Below, in pieces: positions 13,941 to 26,935 of a DNA stretch of 64,000 nt. Both the position numbers and the translations under genes were made by a program. The stretch is taken from positions 63,674,001 through 63,738,000 of the forward strand of contig OZ260667.1 in the NCBI GenBank assembly GCA_965285935.1, in the 5' to 3' direction. The notes under the pieces were generated by a model. That model searched no databases and had not been told where the DNA came from. It saw only the letters and a program-made list of their open reading frames with translations. The first letter of the stretch is position 1, and every line of letters starts with the position of its first letter. The DNA comes from Ophelia neglecta. Taxonomy: Eukaryota.

Positions 13941-16900
13941 GGCAACCCATCCCTTGGGGGGGGGGGGGGGTGAGTAGGGTTGCCACGGGTGCTAGGGCCG
14001 ATTTCCTGTGGTGGTGGAGGGAGGGCGGCCACAGGGGCCATGACCCATCCTCTGAGGGTGGGGGGGGGGGAGAACGAGAGGGAATGTGGACACCAGGATT
14101 CGCCCCTTGTTGGGTGTGCGGGGGGGGGGAATAAAAAATGACCACAACCAATTGATTTGCCTAAATAGAAGGGCCAGTATAGTATGGCTAGCATTTGTGT
14201 GAAATAAAAAAAAACGAACTCTAAAAACTGTGATATGTCAGGTTTGCTGTAAGCATGACCGACATTTAGCAAAGGGGCCTTTTTAATAATATGCAATTGG
14301 TTCCAATGTGTCATTCGAATGGGCCAGCTTGAGTCAGCATTCATGAGTCAGCTAATAATACATTTCAACTGTAATAAAATCCGTGTTTTCACATTCCCAT
14401 CACAAACGGATTAAAAAACAAGAAAATGTTTGATTACATTCCAGGACGTGTGTGCAGCATGCCGTGACGATCATGAGGGGTTAGGACACGTGATAAACAG
14501 AGTTAGTGTTAACAAAAAGGACGCTGATGGTTGTACGCCCCTCCATTACGCTTGTTATAGAGGTCATGTGGATTGCTGTCGTGTTTTGATAGACCACGGT
14601 GCATCCGTTAATGTCTAAGAGTACCAAGGGGTGACACCCCTTTACCGGGCGAGTGCAGATGGCCATGTTGACTGTTGTAAACTTTTACTGGAGAATGGCG
14701 CCTCCATCGATATGCAGGACAACACAGGCCAGACTTCCCTATTTACAGCAAGTCTTAATGGCCATGTTGGCTGTTGTTCCCTTTTATTAGAGAAAGGGGC
14801 TTCATTTGTTATTCCATGTAAGACAGGTGATACTCCACTTCATGTCGCTTCTCAGATAGGTTATATAGATTGCTGTCGTGTTATGATAGAACACGGTGCA
14901 TCCGTTAATGTCCAAGAGTACCAAGGGGTGACACCTCTTTACCGGGCAAGTGCCAACGGCCATGTTGACTGTTGTAAACTTCTACTGGAGAATGGCGCCT
15001 CCATCAATATGCAGACCAACAAAGGCACGACCTCCCTGTGGACAGCTTGTTTTAACGGCCATGTTGACTGTTGTAAACTTTTACTGGAGAATGGCGCCTC
15101 CATCGATATGCAGGACAACAAAGGCGCAAGAGCCCTATACATGGCTTGTTTGAATGGCCATGTTGACTGTTGTAAACTTTTACTGGAGAATGGCGCCTCC
15201 ATCGATATGCAGACCAACACAGGGAGGACATCCCTATACAGAGCTTGTTTTAACGGCCATGTTGACTGTTGTAAACTTCTACTGGAGAAGGGGACTTCAA
15301 TTGACATTCCATGTAATATGGGTTATACTTCCCTCCAAGTCGCTTCTCAGAAAGGTCACGTTGATTGCTGTTGCTGTCTGATTGAAAATGGTGCCTCCAT
15401 AAATGTCCACAAGAAAAACACATTAACCCCTCTTTCCCTCGCTTGTGGGGGCGGCCACACTAAGTGTGTTGAGGTGTTGTTGGAGAAAGGAGCTGATCCA
15501 TCTCTAGCTGATTCAGTGCGAAATGGGCCGATAGATATTGCAAGGTCAAAGGGTCATGTGGACATTGTCAGAATATTAGAGAAATATAAGGCCAACCTGG
15601 CTGAGAGGAATAAGCGGGTCGTCGCTGATACCGCGAAAGTCTCTACATCGGCGAGTGCACCTATATCTGAATTAAAGAAACTAAAAAATGTCTTCGAGAA
15701 ATCACCTAGACCCAGCACGTCCCCTGTGGAAACAGTCATTTGTACACACACTACTCTCTGTCGACTGTTTATACAAAGCTTGGATTTGAAAGGTGAGTGA
15801 GTCAATCTAAGTCAGTGCTGTATATTAGCTATTGCATTAACTTGGGAATCAGTTGTGTTTTTTTGTTAATGGTGTAATGTAAATGAATATCAATAGTACA
15901 AAAACCTACCCATAATACTGTACTTACCTCCCAAGATGCCTACTTTAATCCACAATATGACGTGTGTTTCTGTGAGAGTTGCCACCGTGAGAGAGGAGAC
16001 AATCTCTACTACACCCGTGGACAACCTCCCAAGGACTACGGTCTTCCCATAGGATGGTTCAAGTTCGGACTGGTGTGAGTATCCCATATGTTTTTCCTCC
16101 TATATGGCATTACTAACACAATGAATACATTTCTAACAAGCAGGATTATTATTTATTTCAGAGCCCCAGCTAAAGCAGCTGGTGAGGATGCCTTTACGAA
16201 GTGGCACGTCGCCTTTCACGGCACCCGAGTTGACTGTGTCGGACAAATTCTGAAAACTGGTGACCTTCTGATGCCAGGCAAGGATACCTGTATTCACACC
16301 CGTTGACTTATTTCAATAAGCAATACTTAATAGCATCCATATATTGCAATCAATTTCTTTGTGTAATGAAAATTATTAATACCAACAAAACGTTTATAGT
16401 TTTCTGAATAAACGACAAAAAAGTGCAAAAATATCTAGGTATATGAATTTAGCCAGTTAATCATATCAATTACAATAAATCCGTAGACAAGCGTTAGTTA
16501 TAGGAATAATAAGAGTTTACCTGGGAGATTTCTGTTTAATACAAGACTCAGCATTCGTTTCATTTCAGGCGATTTCACACCTACTGGGGCCTTTTTAAAA
16601 CCGCCATCTAACCACTATGACGAGGAAAATCCTAAACTGAAGCCACCTCCCGGTCATGACGTCAACAAGATTTACCTATCTCCGTCTATTAGATATTCTG
16701 GGCTAGAAGTGTATGCCCCCAAATCAACGTAAGTATGCCTGATACTAGTATATAGAAAATACAGTGCAATATGGAGTTGAAGCATCTACTCTGATAACAA
16801 CTTTAACACTATCAACCATTTATGCAACTAAAGGGGGAACTGTCCTCTGTAGAGGGCTGTAGTGTGTAATACCTTTAACTTTAAGAGTAAATTACGTTCG

Positions 16901-18079
16901 GTAAAACGATTGTTGTGATAAACTTCAATATTGAGCTATAGCAATTACAATTTCAACATTTTCAACCCTGAATATCTGTAATTAAAGGTCAATCTGTAGG
17001 GATGATAGGGTTATTTACAATAGTTTAAGGTTATTGACAAGTTGAAATAGTGCATTGTGTGGTCCCTTATGCTGTTTGGCCTTCCAATAGATCCAAGGTA
17101 AATTCAGGACCATGGTTTAGTTTTATAAGCAGTAGGGAAATCAAGTTGTATATGGAATGTTGACGGTTCAGTAGGGACATCAAACTGTCTGCTGACTGTT
17201 TAAGGGTCCAGGTGGATTATGACAGAATTTATAATTTTGCGATTTTGCGATTCGACTGGAAGTAAATACAATGTGAGGGTTGCATTCCAAGTCCATATAA
17301 GACCAGTGCCTGCTATTCGTATTTAAATTATTAAACTTTGTTTATTTATTGTTGACAGTTCAGTAAGGAAATTTTTTACGGTTCAGTTAGGAAATCAAGC
17401 CATCTATTTATTGTTGACGGTTTCTGGTGAATTGAGCCACGTTTTATTGATTTGTTCTTCTTGATCCATGATTTCGTTTTGCATGACGGCCAACAATAAC
17501 CGTTATTATTACCATTTTGACAATCTTCAACCTCACATCAGGTACAAAGATCCGAGAACTGGACGTATTTACAATGCGAGGGTGGCGTTCCAAGTTCGAA
17601 TAGCGCCAGGAACATACGACGTAGGTGACCAGACCATTGGAGCCAAAACTCAGATCGACCCCAAGTTTCCTAATAGTGAACTGGAGTGGTCCACCAAGAG
17701 AAGAGGGGTCACCATTCTAGTTGGGCTCCTTGTCAAGATGGAAAACCCGATGGCGGGCCTTTCATTTCTTGACAAGAGCTCACTTGGAACTACTATACCA
17801 CAAAATATAAAATTTTGAAGAATTTAGTTTTTATTACCCTATAGCACGTATGAGCAAAGAAACACAAGCAAAAATAACTGTTTTAATTGTCTGTATGAAT
17901 ATAAATGTATCCCTATAGCTTGTAATATGTCTCATCTGTATTACTATGTTGCTTGTATTCCATAGTGGATATATATGTGCTATCACGTATAATGAGAAGA
18001 AAGTGAATGTAGCTAGACATTTTTTATAGTTCATGCATTTTCCAAAACATAAGAATGTAACTACAAATTAACTTGTGCT

Positions 18080-18572
18080 TATGACGTGAAATGTCAATTT
18101 TTGTGCTGTCGCGGTCTTTATTAGAGAGCTTGTTAGAAACAAAACACCCCTTGATATAAACAGCTATGTATGCTATGAGGCCTTTATTGGAGATCTGGTT
18201 GCAAACAAAACACGCCTTTTTATAGCTTACACTATGGGTTTTTAATCAGTAGGCAGAAGTGACCAATTGACTTGGCGGTAGCTGCAAAAACTTGACGTGA
18301 AATGTCACTGTGAGGTCGAGGTCTCTATTAGAGAGCTGGTGAGAAATAAAACACGCCTTTATATAAATTGCTGTGTATGCTGAGTTCTTTTTTAGAGAGC
18401 TGGTTGGAAACACAATACGCTTTTTTTATAAAATTGCTGTGTATGCTACGCCTGTTTTAGCATGAATATTATTTTATGCATTTGTCATATCCCTTAATAT
18501 AAAACAAAAGCTTACACTATGGGTTTTAATCAATAGGCAGAAGTGACCCATTGACTTGGTTGAAGCTGTAAA
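18080..18572. repeat. Local compound tandem duplication
   Basis: About four copies of ttattagagagct(g)gttagaaacaaaacac and two copies of agcttacactatgggtttt..ggcagaagtgacc.attgacttgg (~18223 and ~18509). Confidence 0.75.
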
Positions 18573-19597
18573 ACTTTTAAATAAGGATTATGCCACCTTT
18601 ACTATACATTTTATCAATCTTATTTTTGTTGCCGTGGCCTAAAACGTTTATTTATATGATATTTCTGCTTTGGTTTTATATAGTTTGTTATTATCTATCA
18701 GTGTTTTAGACATGTATTTCAGTATTGTTTCATAAATTGATATCACTTTGTCTTTATTGAGCGGTGCCTTTCAATTGTATCGAGTAATTAATACGAGTTG
18801 CGCAGAAATAGTGAAGTATAAAAATCATCATTGTTATGATAAGTTTATATTATGCATGATGTATCGTTAAATCAAATGTTACATTTCCATCGAATTTGTC
18901 AAATTCTTAATTGAGAACGGTAATGTGAAAACTAATGATATTCCTGGTGATTGTGTTCTGTCATACACGTGAAAGATTTAAAACAGCCGTTGCATTTTAA
19001 GCTTGCCAAAGACAAAAGATTTGATGACGTTAACATATTTGTTATTTTGATAAATATTACAACGTACAATTACTGGAGTGTGATATGTATAATATGGCAA
19101 GTGGTCCAAGGGAAATGTTTATATATGCATGATAGTTCTTAATGCAGCCAGGAATATATAAATTGCCTGTCCTTGATGCTATATGGACTATTGCATAACA
19201 ATATTTAGTTATATAACCCGATATCTTAGTGGGTTTATATGATAGATGGCCCATATAGTAAACTTTGAGCTATAGGGTAAGACTGTACAGTTTGTTTCCC
19301 ATAATAATCTAGGGCCCAACAGGTGTCAGCTCAAGATTATTACCCACAAGGCACTGCTTTAATGGTGAACCCTGTAATACTAATATTGGCACTTAAGACC
19401 AAAACATGTAGTTGAATACATAGTTGATTAAATATTTGGATAAAAGTAGCTAGATACTGAAATGATTAGAGTACCCAGCCTATATAAGCTGTCCCTATAA
19501 CATAAACGTCTTCTTTGGAACGAAACAATTAGAACATATTCCTGTCTACAAGTTTATGTTATATTCAATTTGATCCAAAATTTCACTGGCTTGTATC

Positions 19598-19607
19598 GTC
19601 ACGTGAC
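19598..19607. promoter_or_regulatory. Palindromic E-box/CLEAR-type motif GTCACGTGAC
   Basis: Perfect 10-bp palindrome 4 bp upstream of the ATG of a candidate first exon. Confidence 0.3.
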
Positions 19608-19611
19608 TGAG

Positions 19612-19732
19612 ATGGCACAGCACAAGGAAGGGCAGGCGACGCTGTTCGGCTTTTGTCTGAGCGTCATCGCCGCTATGACCTTCGCCAATGGCGTCCACGT
19701 CAGATACTACTTACTGGGCAGTGTTATGACAG
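19612..19732 (+). other. Candidate first coding exon with a hydrophobic signal/anchor (possible 5' end of a GHDC-like remnant)
   Basis: GC-richer ATG-initiated frame MAQHKEGQATLFGFCLSVIAAMTFANGVHVRYYLLGSVMT ends at donor ACAG|gtaact; no intact downstream exons were found. Confidence 0.35.
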
Positions 19733-22700
19733 GTAACTATGCCTTCACTACTCTCAAGCCAACTCTATCCATATTTATAATATGCTAATGAGAATGTTGG
19801 GCGATGTCTGCCCCCATTGAAGAAAGTCAAATAACTGTGAATTTGTAATTTGAAATTAATCATAAGGTGGGCATTGTTACTCATTTAAAAGAATATGACT
19901 ACTGCTTTATGCCAGGTCATTGCAGGTGCCCTGTACTGCTTTCGCTCTATCACCAGTTATTAAATCACAGTGTGTATCATGTTTATATTACATTGAAACA
20001 AAATCAAAATTTCTGATGACTGTGAATACCGTTTTGTAAGAAACGATTTATGGTTCAGTGGTTGGTTGGTTTATAACACCTTAATAAGAAGGTTAGCAGA
20101 TCAACTTAAGACCGTCCCTTTGTTCTTATTCCGGAAATTGCTGTCTATTTTTCATTATAGAGAGAATACTTTGGATTCCTGATGAATTTAAACAGAAGTA
20201 GCAGCACTAACTATCGATATCTCGCTGTATATAATTTATCTGAGCTACTATTATTTGATCTGCACACTCTACCAACTCATCATATTATCTAACTTTATAT
20301 TCTACCGACACATCATACTACTCTCTGACCTGTATACTGTACCCATGCTTCATACTACAATGTAACCTGTATAATGTACCCACACCTTATACTGCTATCT
20401 GATCTGCATACTTTTATCCAAACCTTACACTAGGAGCTAGTAACCCAAATATCAATGGCATAAAAAGAATACCTTACCTTCCAAGGAGTATACAATTGCT
20501 GCACCTTTTCTTTAAAACAAGGGTCAATTTGCTATAATACTGGGCTTCACATACACAAATGGAAACAGATATGCTCTAAGCATGGTGCTTGAAAATTTCG
20601 TAACAAATTTTAGTTTTTACTTTTATTTGTTATTACATTACGCTGCAGCAAATTGGCCAGTGACTTTAAAGAGAAGGCTGAATTGTATCTCTAATAATAC
20701 AATGACTCACAAGATAACTCACATTACCCGTTACTTAAGGTCATAATTATTAAAGCATTATTATCAGACTCAGATTTTATTTTGACCAACACAAAATAAT
20801 ATACAAACATTCTATGAAAAAGTAAAAAAAAAGTAAATAATTACTTAATGTGTACAAATCATAAGTAGTCAAATAATTAAATAATAGGTCAGGGAGACCA
20901 TTTTAAGATCAGAATTGATCGCTATCAAATGGCCACCCTTAAGAAAATTTAAGTTGAAAATGAAAAATGAAAAATGAAAGGTCAATTTATAATCAACAAT
21001 ATTTAAAGATCCAAGAGCATGAATAACAGATAAATTACATTAAATTAAATTAAATTGACTTAAAATAACCCGCGGCCTTAAACAATCACATCCAGACAAA
21101 CATTATATATAAATAAACAGTAAATTATATAACTGATAACAAGAGAGCAGATTAAAGGAACAGACATTACATACAGGAAATAACATAATGAGCAGAACAA
21201 CATCTCACGGAAACCTCAGAGAACAATGCAGGAACAAAAACACAGCGCCAACACCGTGTCACACGCCTGCGACTTCGATATGGTCAGCACCGACCCAATG
21301 ACGTACAAGTACGCGAAGCGCCCACCCGCCAACACCCACAGCAACCACAAACTGGTTACTATAGGCAGTAGCGGATAGACCCCACGCGCACCCGCGCAAC
21401 GACGGGCCAAAAAAGTCAAGAGCCAAAAACATCGGAACTCATACATAAGTGTGTGCCCATTAAAGGGATTAAACACTGGAAATAACAAGCATAGCCCCTC
21501 CAATTCATTAGAGTTTATATTAGGAGTCAAGCACTCATCTCTTGACAGCTATAACAATCAAAAACAATGCAGTCCTCGGAGTAGTCATTAAGAAAATAAT
21601 GTTTAATATAACAGGAGTAACCTTTTAGACTGTGTGTCTCTACCTTACTTACAATAAATTTTGGCGTTTCATTTAATAATATGGAGACATTTTGTCTTAT
21701 ACATCTCTCCGCAAACTTGTGAGCCACCCTTGGGACATAGATATCTTTACTCTGCCTAGTGTTATACGTGTGTATTTCGCTGCGAGGAACTATCCGAAAA
21801 TGATCCCCAAAATAAGTTGGAAGATCTTTGTGTTTAAATTTATAATAAAACTTGAAAATATGTTGTTTGTGTAAGTCCTCCGCCTTAAGGAGTTAGAATG
21901 CCTCAAATAGTGGCTCTGAATGTGCATAAAAGCTACTTCTTGTTATAATCCTCACAGCCATTTTCTGTAGTTAATAAACTCTATCTGCTACGTTACCCCA
22001 TGCAAGTATACAATAATTTAAGTGAGGTAAAATTTGGGTTGAGTAAATCATTTTTAGGATGTTGAGGGGAACCATATTCTTTATTCTGTTGATTATGCCC
22101 AAAGACCTTGATATTTCATTGCAAATTTTACTGGTATGACCCTTCCAGATAAGGTGTTTGTCCAGAGTAAGGCCCAGAAAGTCAAACTCCTCAATGTAAT
22201 CTATTGGTACGCCGTTAATCTGTATAAAAGGTACAGATATTTTTTTCTGTGGCGTGTGAAGATTGAATTTCGTTTTCTTAATATTTAGAGATAATTTGTT
22301 TATTTTTAACCATTCAATAACTTTACCCAATTCATTGTTCAAGTTAATATCTAGAGGAGAAGCGTGTTGAAATGTGTGTAGTGTGCTAATGAGCGAGGAG
22401 TCATCTGCGTAAATAATTGATTTAAACATGTTGGTTGCATAACAAATATCATTCATATAAATTATGAATAGGAGGGGTCCTAAAATAGAGCCTTGAGGTA
22501 CACCAGTAGTTATTGGTAACTAACTGACAGATCCATGAATATACTAAGGGGGATTTTGCCATTATCCATTTCTTGTACAATCCGGTCCACCATTTCAAGT
22601 GATGCCAATTCAGTACTGTGCTTTTCCCTAAAACCATATTGGCTATTGTAAAATAATTTGTTTTTATCAAAATAAGAGTAAATTTGATTATAAATAACCT

Positions 22701-23229
22701 CTTCAAAAAGTTTTGAAATTGCACAGAAACAGGCCTGTAGTTGTTTAAATTTGCATCATCATCTTTCTTGAATAAAGGGATTATCTTTCCGACTTTTAGG
22801 TTGTCAGGAAAATGCCAGACATAAGTGACTAATCAATTATGCGTGCTAAGGCAGGGCTCAATTCCACACTCATTGATTTCCAAACTTTAACTGATAGGCC
22901 ATCAACACCGCAACTTGTTTTTGGTTTCAATTTATTTATAATGTTCTCTACGGTTTAATTATTAATTAGTTCAATTTTGAAAAGAGAATTGGGTGGCGCT
23001 CTTAGATAATCAGAAAATATTTATTGGTGTCAGATGTGATTTTTTTCGGCTAATTTAGGTCCAATTCCAGTAAAGAATTCATTGAAGCTTTTTGCAATAT
23101 CATTTTTGTTAGAGACTAGTTTACCATCAATATTTAAAGTTTGTTGGTGATCCTTTATATTATGAGACTTGTTTAATACCTCCTTTATTATTTTCCATGT
23201 GTTCTTCATATCATTAGCATGCTTAGTAA

Positions 23230-25154
23230 CGGTCCGACGATTCACCGTACCGGGACCGTGCCGGGCGAAAACACCGTACCGGGACCGTACCGGGCGACTA
23301 ATCACCGATTCGGGCAACGTTGGATGTACCCAAGACCACAACATCACTGGAAAAGGCAGGAAGCCTCCAGAATGATAGCTTCTCCCGTCGGGATAGTCCT
23401 CGCTCGTGCAGTGTTACCCTAACAGGGTATCTACTTGGGCGGGCTAGCCGACGGTGCCACTGGTATAGGTACCCTGCACAGAAGGCGAAATGCTCAGCAC
23501 CGTAGTCACGGGGGGCATATTTCTTAGCCTTTCCGACTGCATGATCGTAGTCAGCCTTGCTCATGCTTTCAGATGCCAAATGCTGATCTAACTTCTCGCA
23601 AAACTCCATTTCGCGGGTCTCGTGCATTAACGGCAGGCCGCGCGTCTTCAAGCTGTTCAGGTAGTGTTTCAGCGCTCTGAAAAGGAGCTTCGCCAGTACA
23701 TTCGCAGGGTGATCAGGTGATGAGTAGTGGTCGGCCATGGTGAGGTGATTGAACTGACCTTCTAGATTTCTGACTACCCTGTTTTATGTGTGCCTGTCTT
23801 GACTGTTAGGCGGGTCTGGATTATGATTGCATTTCATTTTGCGCACACACAATAAAGCTGTCAAGAAGCCACAGCCATCTTTCAACCACTTCAAAGAATA
23901 TCACGAAGCCACTACGCTTTGAACAGAAGCTACAACGCCTCTCAGGGAAGCTACTTTCGCTTCGTTGACCTCGATCACAGAAATTTATGAAGCCACTTCC
24001 AGTTTCTCGGAAGCCACTACCAGCCTTCAATCTTTAACTTGACCAACCAACTTTATGAAGAATGAAGCTAGTCTATTTAAAAGTTAACTGAGCAAGAAAC
24101 AGATTCTTGGTCTGCTGCTGATATTAAAAACACAGCAACTAACCACTAATCTGCTCATCGCAATTTTGCGACCCATGAACACACAATGTGGAAGAATACT
24201 ATTGTGCAATTTTTCTGAACATTGCGATCACCCAGCTTTTTCATGCTGATAATTTCATCGATCAAAGGCTAATTTCTGGTCATCTATAAACACTCTACAA
24301 GCTGTATGTACATGCTACTAAAACTAGTTTGGTGATCTGGTAATCAAAAAATGAAATCATATACAGACTGTTTTTTACGGGCAGCTCTGTAACTAAAAAC
24401 TCTACTCACTATACATGTATATACATTTTGGTTCTGAGTGTTCACCTATGGAGAAATTATTCTTGTCCCAAATTATTATCAGTTAATCTGTACTGTTATG
24501 TAAAAGTAGGTGAGTCATGGTAATTTAAGCTTGGTGCCAAAGAGATTTATCGTGAAAGCTGGGTGTGCATATTATACTTACAGCAGTATTTATCAAATAT
24601 GAGTAAAGATATACATGTATGCGCTTGGCACAGGCATCTGAAAATAAACTAAACATATATAAAGTATTTTACTGAATAACAACTAAATTATTTTTTGGAT
24701 ATTTTTACTTTATTTGACATGATAAGACAGAATTAATATATTAACATATGTACATATATACATTTTGCCCCTGGTACATAGACTAGCCTTCTACCTGAGT
24801 TCTGACAACCTAGGGAATCAATTGTCACTGGTCTGAAGATGAGCCTTCACCACCAGAAATCTGCACCTTCAATTTTTGCGAATCACATGTAAAGCGCACC
24901 CGTTTTCTAATAGATGTTGTCTTATCTGACCTTGGTCGTCTCCTCTGGCCCTTCTTTTTCCCGCCACGGCTGAGAAATGTTTGAATAATTCAACTTTGGA
25001 TGGAAGGTGTCGACTTGAAGTCGCACCTTTCGCTAGACAAACATGCACTCTTGTGAATTGAAATTTAACAAATTAATCTATTTAATCCAGGAGTTTGGCA
25101 ATGCTCGAAGGCAATGTCCTTTTTTGCAATTTATTTTTCAGTTTGTCAGTTTGT
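23230..25154 (-). mobile_element. Unclassified 1.9 kb insertion with 8-bp target-site duplication CTTAGTAA, containing ORF 23298-23738
   Basis: cttagtaa occurs at 23222-23229 and 25155-25162. Removing the insert and one copy restores LINE ORF2 AKRIYYHTCFTKHANDMKNTW. No terminal inverted repeats. Confidence 0.8.
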
Positions 25155-26732
25155 CTTAGTAAAGCATGTGTGATAATATATTCTCTTGGCGATCCTAATA
25201 TTGCTCTTCAATAGTATTGTATGTTTTGAGGCTAATTTTGCAATTATCGTAGTTAACTGAAGTATACGGTGTTGCCCTTGCCTCTTTATAAAGCTTATCT
25301 CTAAATGAAATTGACCTTATGATACCCGCCGTGATCCACTTTGTCTTTTTATGTCTGTGTTTTTTTAATTTAACTGTCTTAGGAGCCAAAAATGTATCAT
25401 AGGCAGTCTTTATCACCGTCTCTAATTTGTTATAGTTGACATTTGGATCTGTTTCCTGAGAAGCATTAATTTCCACAATAGTGTTAGACATTATTATTGT
25501 CTCCCTGAAATTTTGAATGGCTGCAGGACTTGACCGATTTATCTTTATATATTTTGGTACAGATGGGAAGGTGAAGAAATTGTCCAAGACCGTAAAACAT
25601 GGTTGGTGATCTGAAATATTGTTATTCAAAATACCACTCCTCATATTCTCTGTGCGTGTACTTAGCTTACAAAAACAATTGTCAATGAGAGTACCACGTT
25701 TCTTAGAGAAACGAGTTGGTAGAGTTATTTTAGGGAAGAAACTATTAGTGGTCATCTCATCAATGAATTCGCTTATCATCGTATTTACATTTATGTCTAA
25801 TAAATTTATATTAAAATCTCCAGCTATTATTGCCTCGGTGTTTGACTTATCTAGTTTCTTTAGAACTGGGGATATTTATTCCCAGAACCTCCGATAGTTG
25901 TCGTAGACATTTCTAGGTGGTCGATAAATGTTCCCCAGTATTAAGTTTTTTTGATAATTATGTCCCATTACCTCGATAAGGGAGACCCTCCTACACAGTA
26001 TTATCCTTAACTAAATCCATCAGTTTAAATCTTAACCCATCACGTAAGTAAATTGCTAGACCTCCATGTTTGGAGAAAGTTTTTCCTCGGTGAATTAGCT
26101 GATAACCCTCTATTTGTAGTAACGATATGTCAGAAGCGCTATCCAACCAAGTCTCTTGTAGGCAAATTGCCTCAAAGAAACAATTTTCCAACCTGAATGT
26201 TTCTATCAAAATCACCAATTGTTCAAATTTTGCATGAATACTTTGAATATTCAGGGTAAGTACAGGAAAAACACTCCTAGTAACCGACATCAAATCGATG
26301 AGTTGATTATCATCCAAATAAGATAATTGAAAAATACCAGGTTCATTCTCAGAATTATTATCGTCATCGTTAATATTGTCACTCAAAATGCTCAAAAGTG
26401 AATTCCCCACAATGCCCCCGAAAGCGCTCAAAACATCATTATCCGCCATTATAGTGCACCAAGTTATTAAAGCGCTTAGTCATGGTTCCCAACTGAGTAT
26501 GCCCACTGTCATAGATTATGTGTAGATGAAACAAAAGTGCGTTTGTGCCGCCATGTACATGCAATTTACGCAAGCCACAAGTCAACATACATTTAAGGAT
26601 ATCATCTTTTAAGTTGATAACATAGTATTTTGTCCAGCCCGAAACAATCATGCAAAGAAAGTCAAAAAGGAAAAAAATCATTCCATACATACCACCGCTC
26701 CAAAATCATAACCCGAAGTTCATGCTTAGGGA

Positions 26733-26935
26733 GGGGATCTATACCTTAAACATTCTATCGGTGACTTTTACATTAAGACAAAGCAAAAACTTAGAAATAT
26801 ACCTTATAATATGCATTCATGGCCTCAATGTCAATGGGGATCTGTACCTTATACATTCTATCGATGCCTTTTACATAGAGACAAAGCAAAACTTAGAAAT
26901 ATACATTATAATATGCATTGATGGCCTCAATGTCA
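26733..26935. repeat. ~104 bp tandem duplication in the LINE inter-ORF region
   Basis: Two copies of ggggatct.tacctta.acattctatcg...cttagaaatatac.ttataatatgcatt.atggcctcaatgtca. Confidence 0.85.

Larger units (their letters stand above)
9105..17818 (+). pseudogene. Ankyrin-repeat + NEURL4-type ADP-ribosyltransferase gene, copy 1 (in-frame TAA at 14616-14618)
   Basis: Inferred exons 9105-9119 (MDAKK, tentative), 14445-15792 (~11 ANK repeats), 15936-16074, 16162-16277, 16569-16728 and 17542-17818; phases are compatible and total 2055 nt. The C-terminus (CFCESCHRERGD..RGQPPKDYGLPIGW..WHVAFHGT..IYLSPSIRY..VAFQVRIAPGTY..DPKFPNSELEW) follows the NEURL4 C-terminal ART domain. Confidence 0.85.

Noticed and set aside
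13654-14344. ORFs with LLVPLPGRDRVYSY repeats and poly-Pro
   Set aside because: Translation of the 42-bp minisatellite and G runs, antisense within an intron.
23030-23347. 105-aa ORF
   Set aside because: Chimeric read-through from the insert into LINE ORF2.
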